Part shown: positions 1 through 13,332 of the stretch, piece after piece
How the letters are laid out: the number at the start of each line of letters is the position of its first letter
Numbering within the stretch: position 1 is the first letter of the stretch
From: Lepidodermella squamata
Lineage: Eukaryota; Animalia; Gastrotricha
DNA: 64,000 nucleotides
Assembly: GCA_047495785.1 (NCBI GenBank)
Contig: JBLDXI010000029.1
Coordinates: 2,356,001-2,420,000 of the forward strand
Reading direction: 5' to 3'
Notes under the pieces: model-generated
Told to the model about the DNA's origin: nothing
Database searches by the model: none
What the model saw: the letters and a program-made list of their open reading frames with translations, nothing else
Program-made: the position numbers and the translations under genes

Positions 1-663
1 GGCGAATCGTAGTAGGCAGAAAATGGAGGCTCGTTTGCTCCAAAGGTCCATATTATATATTACAAATACCAATCATGATCAATCAATGAACATTTTTCGC
101 AGCTGCCGTCGGAAACGGAACTCAAGTTACGGGCCTTCCAGCTCTCGATTTGTTCGGGCCACCTTCTTGGAATGGTAAAACAATTCCCCGATCTGAGGCT
201 GTTATTGTGACGATGCCGAAGCCGAGTTACATTTCTTCGATTTCGTTTTCGATTCACAGCGGAGGCTTTAATAATTGTATGTACTCGATTGAGTTTTCTC
301 CCAGTCTGGAAGGTACTTGGTTGCGATTAAATAATGAGAAAATCGCAGGAGAAAATCTCAGTAACGATTTATCTCGTTTCCAAGTTATATTTTTCCGGAA
401 AAAGAGAATATGTCGCGGTAAGTTATGCTTGATTTGGATTTGATTTTCCTGCATTTATTAAACCATCTTGTATCTCTTGTATTACAGTGCGAATTACAGA
501 GGTTTCAGGGTTGTCGTCGAATTACACGGTACAACAGTTCTCATGCCCGTCTCCGGACTACGAAGCCGAGTTTTACGCCGATTATCTTTCCCTTTATCCC
601 AATGGCGAGACAGTGCTATACGAAATCAATAAAAACGGAGTTATGCGTCGGCTTGTAGTTTGA
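1..663 (+). CDS. BTBD9-like protein, array copy 0 (5'-truncated by window edge; exons ..45, 103-417, 488-663)
   Basis: Exons translate to AAVGNGTQVTG...AVIVTMPKPSYISSISFSIH...QVIFFRKKRICR / VRITEVSG...CPSPDYEAEFY...GETVLYEI, closely matching copy 1; GT-AG introns at the same positions. Confidence 0.85.
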
Positions 664-1997
664 ACGTTCACAGTTCAAAATGGTTATGCTCGTTTCAGGC
701 TGCATAACCTTTAAATTAAGCCTTTAACGCCGCTCAAAGCAATGAAATTCTCTATCATAATTCACTACAGTTCACTACACTATACATATAATATATCATA
801 TACCCGTTATACTCTGATTTTTGTCATGTCATCATGGTGATCAGTGGCCAACACTCTTTGATGATTTTACCGAATTTATGTTCTAAGCTGTATCGCTCGC
901 CGTCACTGGATTGGTGAGTTTAGAACCAGTTTACAGGAATTTTCAGACATCGATGAATTCCATAATAAAGTGTAATAAATTTATCAATTTATCAATGAAT
1001 ATTCCCGATTCATTTAAGGTCATATCCCACCCGATCCGATGCTGCGGCGCTGTTTGACAGCGGAGACAACAACGATGTGTTTTTTTGAATGAGAAGGGAC
1101 TGGACCCGGCATGTGAACTCCAAGAAGCGCGATCACCGATGGCCGTAAAATGTTTCATTCTAAAGAACTTCAACGCAACACTTTTCCTCCAAAGTTTCCA
1201 CTCGGCTAATGGCTAATGTAAAGAGAGGCTTTGAAAATTGAGGTCATTGAGGTCGCCCTGAACTGCATTTCTATCTGAAACACAGTAGAGAATTTTATTC
1301 GTTGTAGCGTTACTGTTCAAACTGTTCATTACCTCACAGTACGGCATAGAATGGGACAATTTGGCTCGGGAAGAAATCATTCGTATAAACTGTACGTATA
1401 AACTGTAGTTACGGAAATACTAACCCGGGCATATTAAAAATGATACCTCGAAAAATGGGGAAAAGTAGGCTAAACTAATCAAGGCTGGGCTTCTATTTGA
1501 GAAAGGCCAATGCCACGAAGACCTGACTTTTATTTCCGTCTATCAATCTCAAAACTCATCAAATTGTTTACAATTAAAACTCAGATATCTCGTCCGCGTC
1601 GTCTTCGTGGTAGACGCTCTCCTCGTCGTCGTGGATTTTAGGCACTTCCTCGGTTTGAGATTGAGGTTTAGGTTGAGTAGAAGTAGGTTGCGTCTAGGCG
1701 CAGCAGAGCACGCGTTTCGCACGTGCCGTAGTAGCCTAGGCTATTATTCGAGATAAGACTATCGACGAATTTCAATTTACCTAGGCTTCTAAACGAGGGG
1801 GCTTATATTTCGGTAACTATGATATTATCGATTAATTTTCGGTTTTTGAGATTTTTTGCCGGTACATTCAATTTCGGTGGATTTGAATTCAGCTTGGCCG
1901 CTTCGGAACTTTTTTTCATTGTTTTCAACCTTAATTTTGCTCTATTAGCCAATTTCACAATTTATTTGACGCTGAATCAGCAGCTCGATATCATTCG

Positions 1998-3755
1998 ATG
2001 GCGACGAAAGCGAAGTATTTCGAAAAATATCCTGTTTTGAACCTGTCAGATGTCATCATCAAAACTTATCTGGACCTTTTTGAAAGTTCGCTGAATAGCG
2101 ATGTTGTTTTTACGCTCGATGACGGCTCCGAAATCAAAGCCCACAGTTTTATTCTGAAAAGCCAAGTGCCGTATTTCGATAAGATGTTTGATTCTGGCCA
2201 TTTCAAGGAGGGAAAAACGGGCCAAGTGAAATTGCCGGGGAAAACGTCATTTGCGGTGAAAACTGTGCTACAATATCTGTATACCGGGCGAATCGACATA
2301 CACGAATTGAGCCTGGATGCCATTCTTGAAATCTATCGAGTAGCTCACGAATTCGATATTTCGGCAATGCTTGCGGAGTTGGAGCTAGTTTTTGAGGTGG
2401 GATTGATTTTTGAAATGCTTGATTTGAACTAGGTGAAAAAGACTTGGGCCAATCGAAATCCGGGCTAATTTCGAATGTCTCCCATGTTTTTAGGTCCAGG
2501 TTGATTTTGAGTTGATATCATCTGATTTCCAGGAGGTGATTGATAAGGACAATGTCTGGACGATATTTGAAACCGCTCGCTTTCTTGGACGGAATGATTT
2601 TCTCGGAGTTTGTCGAGACTTTCTCAATTCGAATGCGAGCGACTTGATCGATTCGCCTGCTATTGTTGACATGTCGAAAGATGGGTTGATCGATGTCATT
2701 TCAAACGACGATTTCAGCGCACCGGAAGTCGAAATATTGCTGGCAATTCGCACGTGGCAAGCCGCAAATAATCACTCGGACATTGCTGAGATACTGAACC
2801 AGGTCCGCTTCGGATTGGCCGAAGTTAATGGCTACACGCTCGGCCAAGTTGCTCCTCTCTACAAGTTTCTAGCCGAAAACAACATAAGCCAGGAAATTCT
2901 TGAGAAAAATGATGATGCTCGCAAACGGCGAGTCGTAATTGGCAGAAAATCTAAGATTTGCTCTAAAGGTCTGTGGCTGAAATGTCCTCTCCTTAACTGC
3001 TCTCAATGGTAATTTTTTCAGCTGCCATCGGAAACGGAACGCAAGTTACGGGCCTTCCAGCTAGCGTAGTATTCGGACCGACTGATTTATATGGTAAAAA
3101 AATTCCCCGATCTGAGGCTGTTATTGTGACGATGCCGAAGCCAAGTTACATTTCTTCGATTTCATTTGTGATCCACGACGGCGAAGGCAGAAATAATTGC
3201 GTGTACTCGATCGAGTTTTCCTCCAGTCTAGGAGGTACTTGGTCACGATTACATAACGTGAAAATCGCTGGGCACGCCTACGGTTCACCTTCTTCCCAAG
3301 TTTTGTTTTTCAAGAAAAAACGAATATGTCGCGGTAAGTTATATTTTACATCGACAGGGTGGCCACAAAACACCGCAGTGGGCGAAGTTCTTTGATTGGG
3401 GTGCGCATAAATTCAAAGAGGAGTTTTAAGAAATTGAAGAATTTCATGCATTCTTTTGCCGATGAAACTCCTGAATGTCCTGAAATTCGCATGAAATTGA
3501 TGCGCACTCCAATTAAATACTTATTCGCCCACTGCGGCGTTTTGTGGCCACCCTGGATGAAACCAACTTTTTGTTTCAGTTCGAGTACGAGAGGTTTCAG
3601 GGAAGCCGTCGAATTACACGGTACAGCAGTTCTTATGCCCGTCTCCGGATTACGAAGCCGAGTTTTACTCCGATTACGTCTCGCGTCATCCCAAGGGCGA
3701 GACAGTGCTATACGAAATCAACCAAAACGGAGTAATTCGTCGGCTGGTAGTTTGA
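1998..3755 (+). CDS. BTBD9-like BTB-BACK-discoidin protein, copy 1 (exons 1998-2396, 2533-2968, 3022-3333, 3580-3755)
   Basis: BTB motif SDVVFTLDDGSEIKAHSFILKSQVPYFDKMF...VLQYLYTG; BACK-like exon (LIDVISNDDFSAPEVEILLAIRTW); C-terminal exons resemble the BTBD9 F5/8C domain; canonical splice sites keep frame. Confidence 0.9.
3355..3555. mobile_element. MITE with hAT-like CAGGGTGGCCA termini in intron 3 of BTB copy 1
   Basis: TIRs cagggtggccacaaaac(a/g)ccgcagtgggcgaa match 31/32; the homologous intron of copy 0 (418-487) lacks it; no intact 8-bp TSD seen. Confidence 0.8.
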
Positions 3756-3989
3756 ATTTTTCGGAAGTTTCAAATTGCTTCTGCTCAGAGTGCTAATTTG
3801 CTCAAATTCTTTTCTTGAAAAAACATACCGCCGCTCAAAACAATTGAATTCTTGATTAGAAGATGTTCCCTGTGTTTCATACCTACTCTTCTATGTTTCG
3901 TGTTCGATACATTCACATGTCGTGGCGACAACCTATTCTTGATGATTTTTGCCGAATTTCATTCACTAATAAAATGTATTATGTATTTT

Positions 3990-4266
3990 CCACGAGCCGA
4001 CAACCGTTCTTTGGAAAGAGGACCTGAAGAGGATCATATTCTGGGGGTTTGGAAACTCCGGTAGCAGCAGTTATCCCGGTTTTTATCTCGAAGCGAAGGT
4101 TATCCCCACTAATAATGCAGGACTACATGTTTAACATTTAATTACGTTTTCCAATTATTAGTAATGTACTAATTTTTTTGAAAATGTAGAATTTTTTTTA
4201 CGTTTTTCCAAGTGGCTTAACCCCCAGCGGAGAGTCCTCTCATTTCCAACAGTTGTCGGCTCGTGG
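3990..4266. mobile_element. MITE-like element
   Basis: Perfect 15-bp inverted termini ccacgagccgacaac (3990-4004) / gttgtcggctcgtgg (4252-4266) with further imperfect internal symmetry; no clear TSD. Confidence 0.6.
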
Positions 4267-5174
4267 CAAAAAGAGGGGTAAAACAATAAAGCAGGTGTGT
4301 TGAGGAATAAAAATCACTCCGGTGCAAAAACCAGACGGGTAAGTTACGATGGGTGATATCTGGCAAGCAGAGCGCGGGTTGGAGGACTAATCTAGGAGAC
4401 CTAGACCTAGTCCAACCGGAATCGCCCCCATCATCAATGACTCAGGACTCAGCTAGTTCTATCGAACTTGTAATTTCTTTTCACGAATCAGAATAATCGG
4501 AAACACAAAAGCAACATGAAAAATGAATATTCAGGGTTCAGGGGTATCTGAAAAACAAGCGACACAAGTGACATAGGAGGTGAGCTTCACTTTCAGACTT
4601 GAAATACTTGAAATTTCGACGTTTTTTCGTATTAGGCCGTCGAACACCCTGCGTTTCACGAGTCGATCAGAAATAAAAACAATGCAAGAATAGTGATCTG
4701 CCCATTTTTTCTGTTCGAATGATCGCCGATGTTTCTTTCTTCTTCCCCTCGTTCCGCGATCTGTCGATTGGCGATCGATTATTGTTGCTACACTGTGAGT
4801 CGGTTTGTCCCCAACCCAAACCAGCAAACGCTATATAACAGCGATTTTTCCAACTTGCGACATAACAGCAGAAACACAATGCATCTTTTAAATAGTAAGT
4901 TTTTGCTGTTTTGTCGCGTTCGCTGTATTGCGCAGTTGCTGTTTTGTCGCCGTACCCGTTATCAAAGACTTGATCGAATAGCTTGATCAAAGCGATATAT
5001 CATGATTCAAGTAGAATAAAACTCAAAATTTAAACATTCTGGTAACCATCAAGTACATTAACCACTTGGATGTTGGCTGCGAAATCGCGAACATGCAGCA
5101 ATTTCATGTTCTCAATTTGTTCTCAATTATGAGCTGCATTTTAGAAGAATTTGACCTTCTTTTGCATCTACACA

Positions 5175-5368
5175 AGGGGCGAAGTTCTTTTATTGGAGTG
5201 CGCATTAATTTAATGAGGAATTTCAAGAATTATTTCGCCCGATAAAACATCAATTACATGAACTCATTCCTCGTTAAATCAATGATCTTCGACTTCTCTA
5301 CAGTTCGAATACGAGATGTGGTTTCAGGAAAATCTTCGACGATTTTTGCCGAATTTCATTCACTAATG
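5175..5368 (+). pseudogene. Remnant of a deleted BTB paralogue (intron-3 MITE fragment, exon-4 start, 3'UTR piece)
   Basis: gggcgaagttctttt..gtgcgcat matches the 3355 MITE interior; tacag|ttcgaatacgag matches the exon-4 acceptor; gatttttgccgaatttcattcactaat matches 3943-3970. Confidence 0.6.
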
Positions 5369-5879
5369 CGTGTGCCAAGTGCGTACCTTAAATTTAGGGT
5401 TCCATCACTAATTTTGAAACTCCAGCACTAGATTTCCATTAAATATGGTTTTTCGAGTTTCATGTCTTCGCTAGAATCTCAACTTTTTCGCTATCATGCC
5501 CAACCGATAGATCTTAATATTACGCTTATTTTGCGCTATAAGACGTTAGTATCCGAGATAGAATTCAGCCTGCAGAGCCGATATCGATTCCAAGTATCGA
5601 TTTTACAAATCAGTGATTATTCCGATATCAGCTGTTGCGGAACAAAACATCCATAATTTTTCTACATATCTTAGGGCGCCAGGTAGCTATAATATACAAA
5701 TCGTGGGTTCAGGGAGGGCATCAAAGGGTTTCGGGCGAGTTTCGATCAAAAGACGAAAACGCCGAAATTGCGAAGAATCTGAAAAATTTAGGCCCAAGTG
5801 GTGGAACCTCAGTTTTGTGGTGCAAATATTCGGACCCTAATAAAATGTCTTATCACGATGTCTATTTTAGTTGGTTACA

Positions 5880-7991
5880 ATGAATATGTTCGATTCTTTC
5901 GGGGTAATATCCCAACCGGATTCGATTCTGCAAAATCTCGCGACTCTGTTTGACGGCGGAGAAAACTATGATGTGTTGTTTATTCTCGACGACGGCTCAA
6001 AAATAAAAGCTCATCGCGCTATTCTTGCCGCTCAGCTGCCGATTTTCGCAGCCATGCTTGCCCCTTCCAAATTCAAGGAGGGAACTGTAGGCGAAGTAAA
6101 GCTTCCAGTAAAAGGTCCGACTGTGGTGAGGACGGTTCTGCGGTACCTGTACACGGGTGAGATGAAGCTCAACGATCTCGATCTCGATGATATGCTCGGA
6201 ATCTATCGAATGACTCATGAATATGCAATCCAACAGCTTCTTGATCGCGTTGAGGTTATTCTAGAGGTAAGTCGATTGTGAACCGTTTCCATCTCTAAAT
6301 TGCCATGGAAGAAGTTGAGATCGAAATTAAAAATTCTTGAAAACTCGGCAAAATAATATCCGAAATTTGAAGCATTTTATTATTGAACAATTGTGTTGGT
6401 TTTGCTTTGTGGAAATGGTTTATGCGTTCTCAAATTTAACATTCAAGTTTGGGGAGTCTTATAGGGGAAAATCATTTATAAAGAGAAAGCAGGTCACGAA
6501 AACCAACGACCTGAACATTTAAATTGAATATAACACTCAATTAAATATTTAAATATTTAAATTTACTAACTTCTTAATGTTCTTCCAGCAGCGTTTTTGA
6601 ATTACAAAACTATTTCAGAAATTGTCGATTTTTTCCCCTATTTTTCACGCTCCCATATATCCTTCCTAAAAATGAAGGTAAGCAAGGCTGCCTCGAAAAT
6701 TTATGGTTTCTAAATAAATTCGAAATTCAAAAAAATAAAAATTTTTTTTTTTATTTTTGTCCTATTTCGGACAAGATACGTTTTTGCGCTCAGTTTTGCT
6801 CCATCAGGCAAACGAATTTTTTGCTGGTTTCAGCAACAACAAAATGGATGAATAATTTATATATTTATCACAAATTATTTCATGTATTTTCATCAGGACG
6901 TTATTGACAAAAACACCGTTTGGGCGATTTTCGACAACGCGTACTTGTTGGGCCGAAACACTTTGATCGATTCGTGCCAGGAGTTCATTTCATCCGATCC
7001 TAAGGATATCATCGAATCGCCACCAATTGTCGATATTTCCTTTGAAGCGCTGACCTACTTGGTGACCAGCGACAAATTTGGCATAACTGTTATTGAAGCT
7101 CTATTCACGGTTCGAATCTGGCAAATTACTAACAAGCACCCGAAAATTCGGGAACTGCTCGAGAAAATTCGTTACGACAAATCACACATCGAAGGTTACA
7201 CACTGATAGATATCGAACCAATCTTCAAGTTTTTGGTTGATTACTCAATCGATATGTCTAGTCTAGTCCAGTCGGAGAATGCGAACCAGGAGCCACCTAA
7301 GAAACGGCTGAGACTTGCTGTGCCGAAAAGTTGTCTCAATAATGATTATATCTTCATCTAAGCAACTAAATTCTTCATTTTTCTAGCTTCGCTTGAAACT
7401 GTTTCTGAAGTTACTGGAATCGATAAGCAGATTCTGTTTGGCAATTTGGCAGATGACTGGATACCTGAAGGGAGCTTTTTGAAAAGTGGCGGAAGTGTAG
7501 AAATTTTGTTAGCCAAGCCGCTTACCACCAAGTCGATCGCTTTTCGCCTGATTACGTATGAATTCCGTTACGGTAGCTATTCCAGCCACAACTGTTCATG
7601 CCGCTGTTTCAAGGTTGAAGTTATCACGCGAAGTGGTGGTAGCTGGCAGAAATTGGCGCTTTTGCCGCCGAAAGTCGCCGACGGGGCCAATAACAATGTG
7701 GCAGGTTTTACTGATATGCAGGTTCTTTTATTCAAGCGGATGAGACTTCGAGGCAGTGAGTTGAATACCAGTTATAACAATTATTTAAGATGAAGGTTTT
7801 ATTTTTCAGTCAGGATAACAGCGGTTACGGAGCCGATTAATGCAAAGGAATATAGCATCAGAGGTTTCTCCTGTCCGTCGCCAACACACGAAGAATCGCT
7901 GTTCAATGACTATACGACTCTGTGTCAGGAAGGCGAAACGATGTTATTCGAAATTGTAAAAGGAAAATGCAATCGCAAACTCAAATTATAA
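5880..7991 (+). CDS. BTBD9-like protein, copy 2 (exons 5880-6266, 6897-~7330, 7387-7755, 7810-7991)
   Basis: YDVLFILDDGSKIKAHRAILAAQLPIF...LRYLYTG BTB motif; BACK exon; divergent discoidin-like exons; same four-exon layout. Confidence 0.85.
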
Positions 7992-8758
7992 AGTGGAAAA
8001 ACATGAATTGCGCCCCGATGTTATCGATTAAATTCATCATTTTGAAATAAATTATGAAATAGATTTTGATCGTTGCCTATTTTTACGAATGGTTATCCTG
8101 AAAAAATATTGCCATTTGACAATAAGCGAACACCATTTCATAATTTCATTAGTGTTTAGTGCGAGCCGCTCAATCCGCTGATGGTCGATTTCCGGTCGAT
8201 TTCAAGGCAGCAATAATATAATAATAATGATCAGGCTATAGGCCAGGAGGCGCAAAGGTCGCCGGGCGGGTGTAATTAAGCCGAGCGGTGATTCATTTTA
8301 TTACACGTGAGAATGAACACCAGAGCCGATGGGTCAGCCGCAAGCAGCATTATTGCCAATTTTATCGGCGGTCGATGTGTATTGCTTAGACTTAAGCATT
8401 ATAGTATAGGTACTAGATGATGAGAGTATACTGTTTTGATATCGCTTGAAAAGCTAAAATATTATTTTAACTGGCGATCGAGTTAAATTTTGCAACTAGC
8501 GGGTATTTTACGCGTTCGGGAGATCACTCCAATTATAGCACGTTGCATAGTGGCAGCGCAATGCCGCGGTAAGAATTGATTCGATATTCGCTCTTCGCTG
8601 AAATGAAACTATTCGATCAAGGATGTCATCTTTCGTTATGCGGCGTCTTGTGATTATGCATGGAAATCCGTACTGGATCCATATTTTACATTTTAATTTG
8701 CAGTATAGGCATTCTTTCAAGATTCATCTAAATATATTTCCGTCCTCGATTGCATTCA

Positions 8759-10560
8759 ATGGCGAGTAAATCTCAGTATTTCGGAAAATTTCCGGTTTTG
8801 AACCTGTCCGATGTCATCATCAAAACGTACCTGGACCTTTTTGAAAGCTCGCTGAATAGCGATGTCGCTTTTACGCTCGATGACGGCTCCGTAATCAAAG
8901 CCCACAGTTTTATTCTGAAAATCCAGCTACCTTATTTCGAGAAAATGCTGGACAGTGGCCGTTTCAAGGAGGGAAAAACGGGCCAAATCAACATGCCAGG
9001 GAAATCGTCTTTCGCGGTAAAAACTGTGCTTCGGTATCTGTACGCTGGTCAAATCGACATTCGCGAATGGGACATGGATACTACGCTTGAAATATATCGA
9101 ATAGCTCACGAATTCGATGTTTCGGCACTACTTCAGGAGATGGAGACAGTTTTTGAGGTGGCATTGATTTATTATTTTCAAAATGCCGATTTGTATTAAA
9201 ATAGCTAAAAATTCGATTCTGGGTCTCATTTTTATGGGAACAACTTTTTGAATAATTATTCATCAAAAAGGCTATTTCGAAATTCTTCAGATTTTCGTAA
9301 TTAATTATCTGAAATGTTAATATTATGGTCAAATTCTGCATGATTATTTAGTGTCTCAAAATAACTTTTTTTACTATTTTTCGGTCTTGTTAAATCTATA
9401 TCGTTTTCAGGATGTCATTAATAAGGACAATGTCTGGACGATATTCGAAACCGCCCACTTTCTTGGACGTCAAGATTTTCTTGGAGTTTGTCGAGACTTC
9501 GTCAACTCGAACGCTAGCGAAGTGATCGATTCGCCTGACATTGTCGACCTGTCGAAAGATGGGTTGATCGATGTCATTTCAAACGACGATTTCAGCGCCC
9601 CTGAGGTCGAAATACTGTTGGCGATTCGTAGGTGGCAAGAGGAGAAAAAGCACCCTGAAATCGCGCAGATATTGGGCAAGATTCGCTTTGGTTTGGCCGA
9701 AGTTCAAGGCTATACACTCGGCCAGATTTCTCCTCTCTACGATTTTCTGATTGAAAACGGCATTGGGTTGAAGGTGCTCCAGCAGAACGATGACTCTCGC
9801 AAACGGCGAGTCGTGGCTGGCAGAAGATTGCAGATTTACTCCAAAGGTTAATAGATCAAATAACTATACCCGTACTGATCTAAAGTTTTTGAATTTTAAA
9901 ATTTTAGCTGCAATGGGAAACGGAACTGAGGTTACAGGCCTATCAGATTTCGAAGTATTTGGGGAGCCGAGCACGCATACGCGCAAACGTAATTTGTTTA
10001 AATATAAACACATATTTTGACCTCCAAAACAGTTACTGACATCATTGCTTTAAACTTTTGTTAGATCCTGTGTCCACTATCCCGCCTACTGAGGCTGTGA
10101 TAGTGACGTTGCCGAAGCCGAGCTACATCTCGTCCATCTCATTTTCGATTCACGACGGCTTTGGCCACCTGAATTTCTTGTATTCGGTTGACATTTCCTC
10201 AAGTCTAGCAGGCCCCTGGTCGCGATTAAACAAAGAAGGCATCTTCACTGGAAATGGCAACATCCTTGTCCATGGCAAAATTCTTGATCCTTACCCTCGC
10301 CAAGTTTTGTTTTTCAAGAAACGAAGAGTTTGTCGAGGTAAGTAATGCAAACCGTATAAATCTTGCTCTCATTCCCCATTGAGACAGTGAAAATTACCGT
10401 TGAAACAACGGACAATCGCTACACTGTCCAGAAGTTCGCAAGCCCTTGTCCCGATTTCGAAGCCAAGTTTCATGCTGATTACATGGAGCGCTGTCCCGAA
10501 GGCGAGACGATGCTATTCGAAATCGTCAATGACCAAGTAATTAGTCAACTCAAAATTTGA
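8759..10560 (+). CDS. BTBD9-like protein, copy 3 (five exons; extra intron 9989-10064)
   Basis: Exons 1-2 nearly identical to copy 1 (FPVLNLSDVIIKTYLDLFESSLNSDV; DGLIDVISNDDFSAPEVEILLAIR); C-terminal exons end GETMLFEIVNDQVISQLKI*. Confidence 0.88.
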
Positions 10561-10592
10561 CGTTTCGAACATCTCAAACTGAGTTTGCTCGG

Positions 10593-10643
10593 CCTTGTTT
10601 CAAAGCTTGAATTTAAATTCAAATTTCAAGCTTTGAAACAAGG
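10593..10643. repeat. Short palindrome/hairpin just 3' of BTB copy 3
   Basis: Perfect 19-bp arms ccttgtttcaaagcttgaa / ttcaagctttgaaacaagg around an AT-rich loop. Confidence 0.8.
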
Positions 10644-11684
10644 ACTTTTTACTCAAAAGACTGATATTCCTGTTGAGATTTGAAATAAATCCGTTGATAT
10701 TCTCCCCTCACCCGTATCACCATGGCGATCAAGAAACATTCGAGAATGACGGTGTAGCTTTTCGATTGTGACGTAGATAGGACGCCGCACTCAGAGCACG
10801 CCGGCTGACCAAAAGACGTGTTCGCTTTTTTGGTCATGAATATTCTGAACTTGGATGCACTTGGATGTCATGAACTTCGATTATGCAGCACACCTCTCTC
10901 GAACTTCAATTCTCTGCTCTTTTCAGCTACGGTGAAGGACAAAAATCCGCCCAGTTTTTTGGTCTAAACGCAAGCGTATCGTATGGAGTGTACTTTCAAT
11001 ATTTAAAATACTCTCAACACTCCCATTCATTTCTATCCCGATTCGGAGTTTACTTCCAACTGTTTGAAGTTAAACAACAGCAGCAGGTAAGCCAGCTGCC
11101 GAAAAATGAGAAAGCCTGGGCATTATCATCCAGGAAAATCATGCAAATTTTTGATGTTTCAATTTTTTCTGGCTGATGAAAACAACAGGCAAAAAGCAAC
11201 TTCCGGATTGCTCATTGAGATATCTCTATCGGCAATTGGGGGGATTGCCACATATATTTCTCAGATTCGGGTTACTATCGGTCAACTTTCAAAGTGACTT
11301 TCATCCTAATCGCATGAGAATTGAAGAAAAGTCGCTACATTGTCGATAATCGATTATCGAACGCTAACCAATCAATAATCGATAACAAATATCTTCACCT
11401 TCGATGTTGCATTATTTTTTAGTAAGCCTTAAGCCTTCACGGTCAGGTATCGACATGGAACTTTTTTTTTCGCGCCGACAACGAATTTTTTATCATGGAT
11501 GCAATATCGTTTGGTGTTACACATTTATTTAATTTTTTCATTGAAATAAATGATGTTGTAACCTGTGAAATTTTACGCGAATACATCCAGCTCATAAACC
11601 TGGGCAGCAGAAATTTACAGCTGTTCACACTCTTCAATAGGCTATTCATCCATCATCCATCATGAAACTAATTTAGGTATAAAT

Positions 11685-12677
11685 ATGGAACTTTCAAATA
11701 CCAGTTTCAACGTCCTGATAACAATAGGAGGAATTCCAAAATCAGCAATTGATTTTTTGCAAGCGAAAGGCTGCAATGTCGACCTATGGCATCTCGAAAC
11801 TCAAATGCCAGTCGACGAGCTGAAAAAACGCATAAAAAACGCCGACGCCGTTTATTGCGATATTTCCGACAAAATCAATCGCGATGTGATCGAAGCTGCA
11901 AGTTCGAGGCTGGAAGTTATAGCTACAATGCCTGGTGAAGTGGATCATATCGATAGAACCGCCTTAAAAGAACGAGGAATCCGACTAGTCCAGACGCCTG
12001 ATTTTCCGACAGACACTGCTGCTGAACTGGTAATTTGCCTGACCCTTATGGCGATGCAGAAAGCTTTTCAAGTTAGGAATGGAACAATTCCCAATGACTG
12101 GATATGTGGTGACGTCATTTGCGAGTCCAAAATCGGACTTGTCGGGTTTGGCAGAATCGGCCAGGCCGTAACCTCGCGTTTAAAACCGTTTAAACCTGCG
12201 AAAATGTTATACAATTGCCTAAATCGGGAGAAAGGCCTAGAAGTTGAGCTCGGCGTTAGTTGGTGCGAAAATTTGGACGATTTGATGAAGCAGTCTGACG
12301 TTGTCATTGTTTGCTGTACATCAGATGATTCTACCCGCCATTTAATTTCGAAACAAAGGCTGAGTCTCATGAGGAAAGGGTCGTTTTTTATCAACGGCAG
12401 CTGCCGAGATGGGGTTGTCGATCAAGACGCGTTGATTGAGCTGTTACGGGAGGGTCACTTCGGCGGGGTCGGGCTAGCCGTGACAACGCCTGATTCTTTA
12501 CCGGCTGATAGCGAGCTGCTTAAATGCCCGGAATGTGTCGTTATTCCTCACATAGCGCCGTCGTGTCGAGAGAAAATCGTTGATTTAACTGTTCGAAACA
12601 TCTGGGCAGCTTTGCAAGGCGAACCAATGCCGGCTGAGAAATGCGATGAAAGAATTGTTCGAGAAACCCTCGTTTGA
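11685..12677 (+). CDS. D-isomer-specific 2-hydroxyacid dehydrogenase, glyoxylate/hydroxypyruvate reductase (GRHPR)-like, single coding exon, divergent active site
   Basis: 330-aa ORF; Rossmann GLVGFGRIG; DHID...TDTAAEL; VVDQDALIELL; VVIPHI; C-terminal LQGEPMP as in the GRHPR family. Confidence 0.88.
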   Translation: MELSNTSFNVLITIGGIPKSAIDFLQAKGCNVDLWHLETQMPVDELKKRIKNADAVYCDISDKINRDVIEAASSRLEVIATMPGEVDHIDRTALKERGIRLVQTPDFPTDTAAELVICLTLMAMQKAFQVRNGTIPNDWICGDVICESKIGLVGFGRIGQAVTSRLKPFKPAKMLYNCLNREKGLEVELGVSWCENLDDLMKQSDVVIVCCTSDDSTRHLISKQRLSLMRKGSFFINGSCRDGVVDQDALIELLREGHFGGVGLAVTTPDSLPADSELLKCPECVVIPHIAPSCREKIVDLTVRNIWAALQGEPMPAEKCDERIVRETLV

Positions 12678-13332
12678 ATAATTACTAACTGTGGTTGCTA
12701 TAAAATTTGTAATTTATTATTAGCTAGCCTACCTATATTTTTATGATCTAAATATTTATTCGGAAAGTCTACCTTAATAGAAATAAAATTCGATTTATCT
12801 TTGAAAAGTTGAGCTTTTAGCGGTCGATTCGCATGTCATTGTTCCTTTTCTTGATCTTGGAGCAGCTTGTGCATTTCGATTCGACATAATAAAAACGACC
12901 ATTTTCTTTAGATTTTGCGGTTGGACCTGGCTTTTTTGCAAGTGTACGTAGTTGGTTAATTATTGCGAGAGTTGAACATTTTGTTTAATCATTTTTATTC
13001 ATTTTCATAATATCAATTTGGTATGGTCTCCATCTCTCCGCATTCAACTAGTTTTCATATAGATTCATCAAAACATTACCGTTTACCATTTCCACTCGGT
13101 TTTGATAGCAATGCGTGGTTTTTCCTGAAAAATTACGAGAAATTACGAGACTTTTTGTGAGTGTGGCCCCAATGCGCGCGGTTATTACAGCCGAGCCGAC
13201 CTGGCTGTTAATTGCACTAGCCGCCTTCATTTTCTACTCAGGTCAGCCAAGCAACGTCTATTTTCGTCGTTTTATCGCTGATTATTTTGTTTGCTAAAAA
13301 AGATTGCTCTCGCCATCTAAAACTCGGGTTAA

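Noticed and set aside
940-1720. Short minus-strand ORF-like pieces between BTB copies 0 and 1
   Set aside because: No recognisable domain, interrupted by stops, no coherent splice structure
4400-5000. ORFs of 85-107 aa between copies 1 and 2
   Set aside because: No motif I can recognise; possibly decayed transposon, but no termini found
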